Positions 27,143 through 38,684 of a stretch of 57,311 nucleotides of DNA are shown in pieces (positions within the stretch are counted from its first letter, which is position 1; every line of letters begins with the position of its first letter). Under the pieces are notes generated by a model. It was not told where the DNA came from. It worked only from the letters and a program-made list of their open reading frames with translations, and did no database searches. The stretch is from contig JBGPVC010000002.1 of assembly GCA_041491485.1 (NCBI GenBank), positions 1 through 57,311 of the forward strand. Direction: 5' to 3'. A program made the position numbers and the translations under genes. This stretch comes from Candidatus Limnocylindria bacterium. Lineage in GTDB: Bacteria > Chloroflexota > Limnocylindria > Limnocylindrales > CSP1-4.

Positions 27143-27154
27143 GGTTAATTAACC
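27143..27154. promoter_or_regulatory. perfect 12-bp palindrome GGTTAATTAACC; candidate ArsR/SmtB operator
   Basis: Lies between the -10 and the RBS (GGAGA) of the ArsR gene. Confidence 0.45.
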
Positions 27155-27164
27155 GACCGGAGAA

Positions 27165-27539
27165 ATGCAGACACAACCTGATCAACTCAGCACGACATTC
27201 GCGGCCCTGGCCGATCCCACTCGCCGGGCCATCCTGGCACGACTCGCCAACGGGGAGGCGACGGTCTCGGAGCTGGCTGCTCCGTTCGACCTGAGCCTCC
27301 CGGCGATCTCGAAGCACCTCAAGGTTCTCCAGCGCGCCGGGCTAATCGAGCAGGGGCGCCAGGCGCAGTGGCGGCCGTGCCGCCTCAAGCCGGAGCGATT
27401 GCGCGACGTGGCCGACTGGATCGGCCAATACCGCCGGCACTGGGAGGAGAGCTTCGAGCGACTCGACGACTACCTGCGTGAACTGCAGAAGACGGAGCAG
27501 CACGATGACGCTGGAATCGATGGACCCGAAAGGGCGTGA
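27165..27539 (+). CDS. ArsR/SmtB family transcriptional regulator
   Basis: FAALADPTRRAILARLANGEATVSELAAPFDLSLPAISKHLKVLQRAGLI. Confidence 0.9.
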   Translation: MQTQPDQLSTTFAALADPTRRAILARLANGEATVSELAAPFDLSLPAISKHLKVLQRAGLIEQGRQAQWRPCRLKPERLRDVADWIGQYRRHWEESFERLDDYLRELQKTEQHDDAGIDGPERA

Positions 27540-27552
27540 AGGAGCAGGACCC

Positions 27553-28044
27553 ATGACGGTGCAGCAGCTGGGCAACGAGCGGACGACGGCGTACGCGGAT
27601 GGCGAGGAGCTCGTCATCGAGCGGATCTTTGACGCCCCTCGGGATCTCGTCTGGAAGATCATGACCGATCCGGAGCGAGTGACGAACTGGTGGGGGCCCC
27701 ATGGCTACACGACCACGGTCGTCGAGATGGACGTTCGCCCCGGCGGCCGGTGGCGCTGGATCAACCACACGACAGGCGGTGAGGATGCCCCGTTCAAGGG
27801 CGAGTACCTCGAGGTCGTGCCGCCGGAGCGGATCGTCCAGACGCAGATCTTCGACGTCCCGGGGTTCGACGACCGAGCGGCGATCAACACGATGACCCTC
27901 GAGGACCTGGGCACGCGCACCAGGCTCGTCGCGCGCAGCCGGTTCCCGTCGGTGGAGGACCTGCAGGGTGCGCTGGCGACCGGCATGATCGGCGGCGCGC
28001 TCCAGACGTACGACCGCCTGGCCGACGAGATCGCCAAGGGCTGA
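27553..28044 (+). CDS. SRPBCC / AHSA1 (Aha1-like) domain protein
   Basis: IERIFDAPRDLVWKIMTDPERVTNWWGPHGYT...DVRPGGRWRW...GEYLEVVPPERIV. ATG 27553 preceded by GAAGGAG. This is the usual partner of ArsR genes. Confidence 0.85.
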   Translation: MTVQQLGNERTTAYADGEELVIERIFDAPRDLVWKIMTDPERVTNWWGPHGYTTTVVEMDVRPGGRWRWINHTTGGEDAPFKGEYLEVVPPERIVQTQIFDVPGFDDRAAINTMTLEDLGTRTRLVARSRFPSVEDLQGALATGMIGGALQTYDRLADEIAKG

Positions 28045-28069
28045 GGCAGGCAGGGTCACGGAATCGAAT

Positions 28070-28095
28070 GGCCCGCCGGTTTCGACCGGCGGGCC
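28070..28095. terminator. bidirectional terminator hairpin GGCCCGCCGG-tttcga-CCGGCGGGCC
   Basis: 10-bp perfect GC stem between the convergent SRPBCC (+) and HAD (-) genes. Confidence 0.55.
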
Positions 28096-28131
28096 GGTTC
28101 GTCGCACCATCCGGGACTGAAGGGCCGTCCG

Positions 28132-28815
28132 TCAGCGAAGCGCGACCGCGTCGGCAACCTCATCCAGCGTTCCGACCACGGCCGCGGCACCGGCGCCGGT
28201 GAGTGCCGCCGCATCGATGGCCGATCCCGCGGTGACACCGATCGCGATCATGCCGGCGGCCACCGCCGAGACCATGTCCCAGGTCGAGTCGCCGATGTAC
28301 CAGCAAGTCGCCGGGTCCACCCGAAGCCGGCGTGCCGCGTAGAGAAGCAGGTCCGGCTCCGGCTTGGCGTGCTTGACGTGGCTGGCGTCGACGATCGCGG
28401 GCGCATGGGCAAGTCCCAGCGCCGCGACCGATGTCGCGACCTGGGCCGCCCGGCTCGAGGTGGCGATCGCCCACTTGATGCCGCCGTGCTCGAGGGCGGC
28501 CACGACGCGAGCCACCCCGGGCAACGGGGTCGGCGCCGCGTTGAGGCGTGCGTAGATCTCCCCGGACCGACGGTCGATGGCCTCGGCGCGGTCGTCGTCG
28601 ATCTGGTCGCCATGGAGGGCGGCGACCTCCCTGGCCAGCCGCCGACCGTCCAGGCCGATCAGCGGCGACAAGCGGTCGCGGCCGACCGGTAGGTCGACCT
28701 CGTGAAAGGTTCGCTCCCAGGCGTCGATGCGGAGCGCGACGGTGTCGACGAGTGTGCCGTCGAGGTCGAACAGGACGGCCCCGGGCGCGGGCAATCGGTC
28801 GATGGGTCGCGTCAT
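28132..28815 (-). CDS. HAD-IA family hydrolase
   Basis: VLFDLDGTLVDT, ATSS, YIGDSTWDM. Confidence 0.85.
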   Translation of the reverse strand: MTRPIDRLPAPGAVLFDLDGTLVDTVALRIDAWERTFHEVDLPVGRDRLSPLIGLDGRRLAREVAALHGDQIDDDRAEAIDRRSGEIYARLNAAPTPLPGVARVVAALEHGGIKWAIATSSRAAQVATSVAALGLAHAPAIVDASHVKHAKPEPDLLLYAARRLRVDPATCWYIGDSTWDMVSAVAAGMIAIGVTAGSAIDAAALTGAGAAAVVGTLDEVADAVALR

Positions 28816-28896
28816 CCGTCGATCATGCCTTGCGGCACGGTCGGATGACGCGGCCTCACCCGCCGGTTGGCGGGTGAGGCCAGAACCGATCGGCGA

Positions 28897-30012
28897 TCAG
28901 CCGGCGTGCGCGCGTCGACGGACGGCGACGTACGCGGCAGCAAGGGCGGCGAGGGCAACGACGGCAAGGGCCGCCAGGCCCAGGCCCGCGTCGCCCGTGC
29001 CCGCCGGAGCACCAACGGGCTGGGTGTTGGTGGGTGGCGGTGTGACGTTGCTGGTCGGCACCGGCGCGGCCGCAACCGTGACCGATCCGGTCATCCCGAC
29101 GATGTCGTGGAGGACGCAGATGTACTTGTAGGTCCCGGCCTTGGTGAACTTGAGCGAATAGGAGTGGGGCGCCGGGATGGGTGGACCGACGTACAGCCCG
29201 GAGCTGACCCAACCGGTGCCGTTGTAGGTGGCCCCGCCCGACGGTGCCATCGCCGACGGATCCTGCGGCTCAGGCCCGAACGAGACCGAATGCGGCTCGC
29301 CGTTGGTGTCCCCATTCGTCCATTCGACGGTGTCGCCGACCTGAACGTCCAGGGTCGATGAGATGAAGCGAAGGATCGAGATGCTGCCACTGCCGACGCC
29401 GGCAGCCAGGTGGTACGTGGTCGACCCGTCGCTGTTGGTCGTGGTCGTGGGCGAGAAGCTGGCCTCGAGCGCATGTCCGGTCGCGATGTCGGCCGCCTCG
29501 GCCGCCTGGTTGGCCGCGGTGACCGCGGCCTGATCCTGTGGATAGGCCGTGCCGGCCGCGGCGACCGTGACGGTGCCCTGCATGCCTGGATGGATCAGGC
29601 AGTGGAACGCATAGGTGCCTGCCGTCGGGAAGGTCAGCGCATAGGTGTCCTGGCCGGGTGCCGGGAACTTGATGCCGGAGCTCGTGAACGCCGATCCGTC
29701 GAAGGTCGCGCCACCCGCCGGCGCCTGTGCCGCCGGATCCTCGGGCGCGGGCGGTGTCTGCGCCGCCGTCAGGAACGAGATCGTGTGGGCGTTGCCGGCG
29801 ACCTTCCAGGTGATCGTGTCACCAGCGTCGACGGTGATGGCGGCCGGGTAGAACTTCAGGGCGGCGACACCCGTCGCGTCGCCCGTTCCGGCATCGACGT
29901 TCCATGACTGCGGACCGGCTGCCGCAACGGACCCGGCCGACCCGAGCAAGCCGAGCAGCAAGCCCGCACTGGCCAGGGCGGCAACTCGCCGGCGTAGACG
30001 AACAGGACTCAC
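28897..30012 (-). CDS. secreted two-domain type-1 (blue) copper protein with a C-terminal membrane anchor
   Basis: GTG 30010-30012 preceded by GAGGAGAG. Signal peptide present. Two cupredoxin ligand sets (NAHT...FHCLIHPGMQG and EPHSV...YICVLHDIVGMTG). Pro/Thr linker plus a TM helix and RRRAHAG tail. Confidence 0.8.
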   Translation of the reverse strand: MSPVRLRRRVAALASAGLLLGLLGSAGSVAAAGPQSWNVDAGTGDATGVAALKFYPAAITVDAGDTITWKVAGNAHTISFLTAAQTPPAPEDPAAQAPAGGATFDGSAFTSSGIKFPAPGQDTYALTFPTAGTYAFHCLIHPGMQGTVTVAAAGTAYPQDQAAVTAANQAAEAADIATGHALEASFSPTTTTNSDGSTTYHLAAGVGSGSISILRFISSTLDVQVGDTVEWTNGDTNGEPHSVSFGPEPQDPSAMAPSGGATYNGTGWVSSGLYVGPPIPAPHSYSLKFTKAGTYKYICVLHDIVGMTGSVTVAAAPVPTSNVTPPPTNTQPVGAPAGTGDAGLGLAALAVVALAALAAAYVAVRRRAHAG

Positions 30013-30166
30013 GGGTACTCTCCTCGTTGGGACGATGGCCACCGTGACGGCGGTGGCGAACGCTTGGGGCGTTGACGCGTGACGTTCGCACACTCCGGTG
30101 CACGTGTCCAGACGGTTGTGCGGGGTGAACCCGCCGGGCCGCCCAAGGCTCTACGATACGGCGGCC

Positions 30167-32038
30167 ATGACCGACCCGACGCCGAGTCTCGCCACGCCCT
30201 ACCGCACCCACACGTGCGGCCAGTTGCGCGCGGGAGATGCCGGCACCGAAGCACGCCTCGCCGGCTGGGTCCACCGCCGGCGCGACCATGGGCAGCTGAT
30301 CTTCCTCGACCTGCGCGACCGCCACGGAATCACCCAGGTCGTGATCGACCAGGCGGACGCCCCGGCCGCTCACGCGGAGGCCAGCCGCGCTCGACCGGAG
30401 TTCGTGGTGTCCGTCCTCGGCGAGGTCGCGCCACGCCTGGCCGGGACGGTGAACGCCAAGCTTCCGACCGGAGACATCGAGTTGCGGGCGACCGACCTGG
30501 CGATCCTCGCAGAATCGAAGACGCCGCCGTTCTACATCAACGACCCCGAGGCGCCGGTCGACGAGAGCCTGCGGCTCAGGTACCGCTACCTCGACATTCG
30601 TCGGGAGCCGATGCAGCAGCGATTGCTGCTGCGCAGCCGGATGGTCCAGGCGATCCGCGAGGTTCACCATGCCAACGGCTTCGTGGAGGTCGAGACGCCC
30701 ACGCTGATCAAGAGCACCCCCGAAGGGGCGCGCGACTTCATCGTCCCGAGCCGCCTCCAGCCCGGCACGGTCTACGCCCTGCCACAGAGCCCGCAGCAGC
30801 TCAAGCAGCTGCTGATGGTCGCGGGGATCGATCGCTACTTCCAGATCGCCCGCTGCTACCGGGACGAGGACCTGCGCGGTGACCGCCAGCCCGAGTTCAC
30901 GCAGCTCGACCTCGAGATGAGCTTCGTGGACGAGGCGACGGTCATGGCCTTCGTCGAGTCGGTCGCGATCGAGGTCTCGCGGGCGACCGTGCCCGAGCGA
31001 CCCCTGCAGGGGTCGCCATTCCCGATTCTCACGTTCGAGGAGGCCCTCGAGCGCTACGGGTCGGACAAGCCGGACATTCGCTTCGCGATGGAGCTGGTCG
31101 ACCTGGCGCCCGCGCTCGTCGGGCCGGATGGGACTCCCGGCTCCGGGTTCAGCGTCTTCGACTCCGCCCTGGGGGGCGGTGGCCGGGTCAAGGCGATCGT
31201 GGTGCCCGGGATGGCCGCCATCACCCGGCGCGAGATCGACGAGTTGACGGAACGCGCGCGCCGATTCGGCGCAAAGGGCCTGGCCTACCTCGGTCTCGGG
31301 CCCGCTGGTGAGATGCGAGGGCCGGTGGCCAAGTTCCTGTCCGACGATACGAAGCGTGGCGTCGTCGAGCGGACAGGGGCGACCGAGGGCGACCTGATCC
31401 TGATCGTCGCCGACACCGCCGCCGTCACGGCCGACGTGCTCGGCCGCCTCCGCGTGGAGCTCGGCGAGCGGCTCCACCTCGCCGACCCGAACGTGCTGGC
31501 CTACGTCTGGATCCATCGCTTCCCGATGTACCAGTGGGATGCCGAGATCGGACGCTGGGATGCCACCCACAACCCGTTCAGCGGCGTGCTGCCCGAGGAC
31601 GAGGCACTCCTGGTCACCAACTCGGGCGATCCCGCGCGGCCGGCGCCGGACGACCCGGCCGGCCGGGCGCGTGCGCTCCAGTACGACCTGGCCCTCAACG
31701 GCTGGGAGCTGGGCGGCGGCTCGATCCGGATCCATCGCCGGGACCTGCTCGAGCGGTCGTTCCTCCTGCAGGGTCACTCGCTCGAGGCGATGCAGGAGAA
31801 GTTCGGGGCGGTCCTCGATGCCTTCGAGTACGGGGCCCCGCCCCATGGCGGAATCGCGCTCGGGATCGACCGCTGGGCGGCCCTCCTGGCGGAGCAGACG
31901 AACATCCGCGAGGTGATGGCCTTCCCCAAGACCCAGTCGGGCAGCGACCTGATGCTCGAGGCGCCGTCAGTGCCCGACGAGAGCCAGTTCGCCGAGCTCG
32001 GCCTGCGCTTCGTGGGCCTCCCGGAGAAGCGTCCCTGA
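30167..32038 (+). CDS. aspS: aspartate--tRNA ligase
   Basis: GWVHRRRDHGQLIFLDLRDRHG, FYALPQSPQQLKQLLM, FQIARCYRDEDLRGDRQPEFTQLD, GGGSIRIH. Confidence 0.95.
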   Translation: MTDPTPSLATPYRTHTCGQLRAGDAGTEARLAGWVHRRRDHGQLIFLDLRDRHGITQVVIDQADAPAAHAEASRARPEFVVSVLGEVAPRLAGTVNAKLPTGDIELRATDLAILAESKTPPFYINDPEAPVDESLRLRYRYLDIRREPMQQRLLLRSRMVQAIREVHHANGFVEVETPTLIKSTPEGARDFIVPSRLQPGTVYALPQSPQQLKQLLMVAGIDRYFQIARCYRDEDLRGDRQPEFTQLDLEMSFVDEATVMAFVESVAIEVSRATVPERPLQGSPFPILTFEEALERYGSDKPDIRFAMELVDLAPALVGPDGTPGSGFSVFDSALGGGGRVKAIVVPGMAAITRREIDELTERARRFGAKGLAYLGLGPAGEMRGPVAKFLSDDTKRGVVERTGATEGDLILIVADTAAVTADVLGRLRVELGERLHLADPNVLAYVWIHRFPMYQWDAEIGRWDATHNPFSGVLPEDEALLVTNSGDPARPAPDDPAGRARALQYDLALNGWELGGGSIRIHRRDLLERSFLLQGHSLEAMQEKFGAVLDAFEYGAPPHGGIALGIDRWAALLAEQTNIREVMAFPKTQSGSDLMLEAPSVPDESQFAELGLRFVGLPEKRP

Positions 32039-32979
32039 TCCTCAGCGCGCTCGACTGGTTCGCGGAGCGGCCGAGGCTGGCGGCCCTGCTCGGGGCGGCC
32101 TGCATCTCGTTCTCCGGCATCTTCTATCGCTACGCCGAGGTCTCGCCCTCGACCGGCACCGTCTTCCGGGCGCTGTTCGGCCTGCCCCTGCTCGCGCTGG
32201 TCGCGTTCTCCGAGCGGCGGCGCTTCGGGGCGCTGCCGTGGTCGACGGTTCGACTGGCGGCGATCGCCGGGGTCTTCTTTGCCGGCGACCTGCTGTTCTG
32301 GCACCACGCGATCGAGGCCGTCGGAGCCGGCCTGGCGACCGTGCTCGGCAACCTCCAGGTGATCGTCGTCGGGTTCGTGGCCTGGCTGCTGCTCGGCGAG
32401 CGTCCATCACGGGCGACCCTCCTGGCGCTGCCGGTCGTCCTGCTGGGCGTCATCCTGATCTCCGGGGCCATCGGCGGCAGGCCGTATGGGGCTGACCCCG
32501 GCCTCGGCGTGATCCTGGGCCTCGCCACGGCGCTGTGCTACGCAGGCTACCTGCTGGTGATCCGGCGGGGCGGCCGGGACGCTCGCCGGCCGGCCGGCCC
32601 GGTCACCGTGGCCACCCTCTTCGTCGTGATCGCCGCCGGGATCGCGGGCACGGCGTACGGCGATCTCGACCTGCTGCCGGCCCCGCACAGCCTGGCCTGG
32701 CTGGCGATCCTCGGCGTCACATCGCAGTCCGCCGGCTACCTGTTCATCTCGATCTCGCTGCCGCGCCTGCCGGCCGTCGTGACCAGCATCATCCTGCTCT
32801 CGCAGCCGGTGATGACCATGATCTTCTCGATCATCCTGCTTGGCGAGGCGCCTTCACCGGCGCAGTTCCTCGGCGTCGGCCTGGTGATCGGCGGCATTGC
32901 GGCGGCGACCGTGCCAATCGCTCGCATCCGAGACGGGATCACGGCGGGCCGCGCCCGCCGTGCGGTGGAGACCGACTAG
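32035..32979 (+). CDS. EamA/DMT family transporter
   Basis: About 10 TM helices in two EamA-like halves. No ATG, GTG or TTG occurs in the first ~60 codons, so the start is provisionally CTG 32035 (CTGA overlap with the aspS stop). The start is uncertain. Confidence 0.7.
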   Translation: MILSALDWFAERPRLAALLGAACISFSGIFYRYAEVSPSTGTVFRALFGLPLLALVAFSERRRFGALPWSTVRLAAIAGVFFAGDLLFWHHAIEAVGAGLATVLGNLQVIVVGFVAWLLLGERPSRATLLALPVVLLGVILISGAIGGRPYGADPGLGVILGLATALCYAGYLLVIRRGGRDARRPAGPVTVATLFVVIAAGIAGTAYGDLDLLPAPHSLAWLAILGVTSQSAGYLFISISLPRLPAVVTSIILLSQPVMTMIFSIILLGEAPSPAQFLGVGLVIGGIAAATVPIARIRDGITAGRARRAVETD

Positions 32980-33051
32980 GGTCGTCCCGACCGTGACCCG
33001 TACGAAAGGTCCCTAGGCCGGTCGACCGGCGACTGTCATCTTCAGGCGAGC

Positions 33052-34281
33052 ATGCCTCTCGTTGACCGCCGAGCCCGATCGTCCGACCCTGACTCGCCAG
33101 ACGGCAGGGACCGGGCCGCCAGGGCCGTTGAGCTTCGCCGCGTCCTGCGAATCGGCTCGATCCTCGTGGGCGTGATCCTGCTCATCGCCGGATTCGTCGT
33201 CGCCGCCCGCTACCCGGATCGCTCGGCGGCATTCCTGCTGCTCTGGACGGCAGGGGCCGCGGGCAGCTTCGTGCTGTTCGCCGTCGCCAATCGCGTGCCG
33301 CAGCGGCTGGTGGTTCCGTCGACCGTCGTGCTGGCGATCATCCCGGCGATGGTGCTCCTGGGCACGGCCCTCGAGCCGGGCGCGCTCCTGATGGTGAACA
33401 GCGGTTTCACGATGCTCCCCGTTGCGGTGCCGCTGTTCCTGGCGTGGACCCGCCCGGTTCGGACCGGCTGGCTCCTGGCCTACGCTGCGATCGTCGCGGG
33501 GATCACGATCATCACCGGCTTTGGCCATCTCGAGACGGTCCAGCGAATCGATCTCGCGACCGACGCGGCGATCGGTGCGTTCATCGGTTGGATCGGCGGC
33601 GAGCTGCTCGAGCGGATGCGCTCGCGGACGCGCGACCAGGAGGCCGAGCTGCGACGGCTGAACCGCGAGCTCCAAGTCCGCGCCACGACCGACGCATTGA
33701 CCGGGCTGGCGAACCGACGGCAGCTCGACACGGACCTCCAGATCCTGAGCACGGCGCGTCTCGGTGGGGCCGGCTCCTGCGCGTTCATCATGCTCGACCT
33801 CGATCGTTTCAAGCGCCTCAACGACGAGCTCGGCCACGCCGCAGGCGACGAGGCGCTTCGAGTGGTGTCCGCCGAGCTCCGGAGGGTGATCCGCCGGCGG
33901 GACACCATCTACCGCTACGGTGGCGAGGAGTTCCTGGTGGTGATGCCCGATTCGTCGCTGGACGTCGCCGCCGCCGCAGCGGAGCGGATCCGCGAGGCGG
34001 TCGCTGACCTGCGCGTCCGCGCCGGAGCCGATTCCGCGAAGACCCTGACGATCAGCGGCGGGGTGGCCTTCTCGCTGTCGGCCCGCGAGCACTGGGAAGC
34101 CGTGCTGGCGGCCGCCGACTCGGCGCTGTACGAAGCCAAGGCTGCCGGTCGCGACCGGATCGTGGTCGCTCCCGCGGTCGTCCACGAGCTCCCGGCGGGG
34201 ATCACTCGAGACCGCCGGGCGCCCGTTGGAGTACGCCACGAAGACACGCAGGTGGACGGACCCATCGACCGGGCGGGTTGA
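33052..34281 (+). CDS. membrane-bound diguanylate cyclase (GGDEF)
   Basis: N-terminal multi-TM region, then DALTGLANRR...MLDLDRFKRLNDELGHAAGDEAL...YRYGGEEFLVVMP. Confidence 0.85.
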   Translation: MPLVDRRARSSDPDSPDGRDRAARAVELRRVLRIGSILVGVILLIAGFVVAARYPDRSAAFLLLWTAGAAGSFVLFAVANRVPQRLVVPSTVVLAIIPAMVLLGTALEPGALLMVNSGFTMLPVAVPLFLAWTRPVRTGWLLAYAAIVAGITIITGFGHLETVQRIDLATDAAIGAFIGWIGGELLERMRSRTRDQEAELRRLNRELQVRATTDALTGLANRRQLDTDLQILSTARLGGAGSCAFIMLDLDRFKRLNDELGHAAGDEALRVVSAELRRVIRRRDTIYRYGGEEFLVVMPDSSLDVAAAAAERIREAVADLRVRAGADSAKTLTISGGVAFSLSAREHWEAVLAAADSALYEAKAAGRDRIVVAPAVVHELPAGITRDRRAPVGVRHEDTQVDGPIDRAG

Positions 34282-34298
34282 GCCGCGACAACCTCGTG

Positions 34299-34955
34299 TT
34301 ACGGCTCGGGCAGACCGGCCTCCGCGGCGACGTCGGCGCCCCACTCGTGGCTGTGCGCGGCGAGCGGCTCGGGTGGTCCCTCGTAGGTGGGGAGATCTTC
34401 GGGGGCGGTGTCCACGTCGTGGATCACGCCAGGATCACCCACCTCGACGACGCGTGCCGGGACGGCCGCCACGAGCTCATGGATCACGTCGAGCGGCATC
34501 CGGTCTGGCGCGATGGCGCGCAGGGCGGGCAGGTGCGCAAGCGGGACGAGGACCGGCCATCCCGGCTCGCCCTGCCAGCTCGGAAGGAGGACCGTGCCGG
34601 GATCGGGCCCGTGGGCTTCGATCAACGAGGTGATCGTCTCGGGACCCACCCACGTCATCCGCGCCGGCCAGAGGAGGACTGCCGTCGTCTCACGGACCTC
34701 GTCGACCGCCAGCTCCGCTCCCCGGATCATCTGGCCAACCGGTCCGGCCTCCGTGGGCGCCGGCGAGCCGTAGACCGCCTCGGATCCCCCGAGCGCCGCC
34801 GCCACGGCGCCGTCCGGATCGGGCGAGAGCACCATGACCGGCAAGGCGCCGCCCGACCAGGCCAGATCGGCGAGTCGTCGGACTCGAGGCTGACCCCTGG
34901 TGTCGGCCAGCGCGCCCTCGGCGCTGGCGGACAGGATGACGGCGGCAACGGTCAT
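34299..34955 (-). CDS. MobA-like nucleotidyltransferase-fold protein (degenerate N-terminal motif)
   Basis: Start [10 protein letters not shown]... Overall resemblance to NTP_transf_3 proteins ([13 protein letters not shown]...GWPVLVP), but the GxGxR signature is missing. Confidence 0.45.
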   Translation of the reverse strand: MTVAAVILSASAEGALADTRGQPRVRRLADLAWSGGALPVMVLSPDPDGAVAAALGGSEAVYGSPAPTEAGPVGQMIRGAELAVDEVRETTAVLLWPARMTWVGPETITSLIEAHGPDPGTVLLPSWQGEPGWPVLVPLAHLPALRAIAPDRMPLDVIHELVAAVPARVVEVGDPGVIHDVDTAPEDLPTYEGPPEPLAAHSHEWGADVAAEAGLPEP

Positions 34956-35042
34956 CGCCGGAGTGTAGCGGCCTGCCAACGGGAGCCGTGCCTCGTTCCG
35001 TGGCACAATCGACGGTCCCCGTCACCTGGAGATCGTTCGCAC

Positions 35043-36962
<1,920 letters not shown>

Positions 36963-36986
36963 TGCTGCCTCCGGCGCCCGGTTGGG

Positions 36987-37286
36987 CTACAGGGCGAGGC
37001 GTCGGATTCGCGGGTCGAGGCGCTCGGTTGGGGGCGTCGCCGGCTCCGCCGCGGTGATGTCCTGGATCGCACGGGTGGTGGCGCCGGGCGTCCGAGAGCG
37101 ATCGAGACGGTCGAGCGCGAACCGGGGCGCATCACCTTCCTGGACGCCCTGTGGCCAGTCGCTCCGACCGTGGGCCGGGAAGAGGCCGCCGAAGTCCATG
37201 GGTGCGCCGTCGTTCAGCGCCACGACCGTCACGACGACCAGCCCGAAGCCGCAGAGGACTGCAGTGAGGACGATCGGGGCGGGCAT
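36987..37286 (-). CDS. small single-TM hypothetical protein
   Basis: MPAPIVLTAVLCGFGLVVVTVVAL... from ATG 37284-37286. Confidence 0.4.
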   Translation of the reverse strand: MPAPIVLTAVLCGFGLVVVTVVALNDGAPMDFGGLFPAHGRSDWPQGVQEGDAPRFALDRLDRSRTPGATTRAIQDITAAEPATPPTERLDPRIRRLAL

Positions 37287-37499
37287 GGCCAGATCGTAGC
37301 GCGGCCGTCCAGGACGGCAGCGACGAGGGCCAAGGGCGATGCGGCGATCAGCAGGATGAGCAGGGTAGCCATGGGGGTGCGCTCCTTTCGACGTTGCCGT
37401 CAAGGTGCAGCTCGCGACGACGAGCCGACATCAGCGCACGTCGTGTCCGGCCATGGACGCTTGTCGGCTCGCCGGAGGACCCGGCGTACAATCGCGCGC

Positions 37500-38684
37500 A
37501 TGCCGATCTACCTCGATCACGCCGCCACGACTCCGCTGCGGCGCGAGGCACTCGACGCGATGCTGCCGTTCCTGACCGAGCAGTTCGGGAACCCGAGCTC
37601 CGCCCACAGCTTCGGCCGGGCGGCCCGCGCCGCGCTCGACGAGGCGCACGAGCGGGTCGCTCGGTGCCTGAAGGCCGACGGCCGCGAGATCGTCTTCACG
37701 TCCGGTGGAACGGAGGCCAACAACCTCGCGCTCAAGGGTGCCGCATGGGCCGGCAAGGCTCGTGGCCACCGAATCGTGACCTCGTCCGTGGAGCATCACG
37801 CGGTCGGTCACACGCTGCGCTACCTGGAGAAGTTCGGATTCGAGGTCGTCGAGCTGCCGGTCGACCGCTACGGCCGCATCGATCCCGCCGAGCTCGATGC
37901 GGCGATCAACGACCGGACGATCCTGGTCTCGATCATGCTCGCCAACAACGAGGTGGGCACGATCCAGCCGATCGCCGAGATCGCGGCGGCCGTTCGAACA
38001 CACAAGGACGTCCTGCTCCACGTCGACGCGGTCCAGGCCGCGCCATATCTGGAGCTCGACGTCGAGCGGCTCGGCGCGGACCTGATGTCACTCGGCGCGC
38101 ACAAGTTCGAGGGGCCCAAGGGCGTCGGCGTCCTGTACGTCCGCCACGGAACCCATATCCTCGCCCAGCAGCAGGGCGGCACCCAGGAACGGCACCGTCG
38201 GGCCGGCACGGAGAACGTGGCCGGCGCCGTGGGTCTCGCGACGGCCTACGAGCTGGCCTGCACCGAGCGCTCCGAGACGGTCGCCCGGCTCCGCCGCCAG
38301 CGCGACCGCCTGGCGAAGGCGATCCTCGCCACGCCAGGGACCGAGTTGACCGGCCACCCCAAGCAGCGACTGCCCGGCCTCTTTTCGATGGTCGCGCGCG
38401 AGACAGACGGCGTATCGGTCGCGATGTCGCTCGATCTGGAGGGGATCGCCAGCTCGGTTGGGTCTGCCTGCACGACCGGCTCGACCGAGGTCAGCCACGT
38501 CCTGACGGCGATGGGGTATCCGGAGGAGGAGGCACGCGGCGCGCTCCGGCTGTCGCTGGGTCGGACCACCACTGACGAGGAGATCGCCGAGGCCTGTGCG
38601 ATCGTCCCGGGTGTCGTCGCCTCGATGCGGCTGGGCACGCTGGCGGTGGCCGCCGACCCGCTCGGGCAGGGCCTGCCGGCGTGA
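37500..38684 (+). CDS. iscS: cysteine desulfurase (class V aminotransferase, IscS/NifS/YrvO type)
   Basis: [45 protein letters not shown]. Coupled to mnmA as in the Bacillus yrvO-mnmA pair. Confidence 0.9.
   Translation: MPIYLDHAATTPLRREALDAMLPFLTEQFGNPSSAHSFGRAARAALDEAHERVARCLKADGREIVFTSGGTEANNLALKGAAWAGKARGHRIVTSSVEHHAVGHTLRYLEKFGFEVVELPVDRYGRIDPAELDAAINDRTILVSIMLANNEVGTIQPIAEIAAAVRTHKDVLLHVDAVQAAPYLELDVERLGADLMSLGAHKFEGPKGVGVLYVRHGTHILAQQQGGTQERHRRAGTENVAGAVGLATAYELACTERSETVARLRRQRDRLAKAILATPGTELTGHPKQRLPGLFSMVARETDGVSVAMSLDLEGIASSVGSACTTGSTEVSHVLTAMGYPEEEARGALRLSLGRTTTDEEIAEACAIVPGVVASMRLGTLAVAADPLGQGLPA

Noticed and set aside
29819-31846. 675-aa minus-strand ORF antisense to aspS. The same applies to 35022-36887 (typA), 21248-23104 (murE), 18646-20103 (murJ/femX), 46709-48496 (mltG) and 51100-52845 (xseA/xseB).
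   Set aside because: All of them overlap strongly motif-supported + strand housekeeping genes and have no domain signatures. They are long only because stop codons are rare in GC-rich antisense frames.
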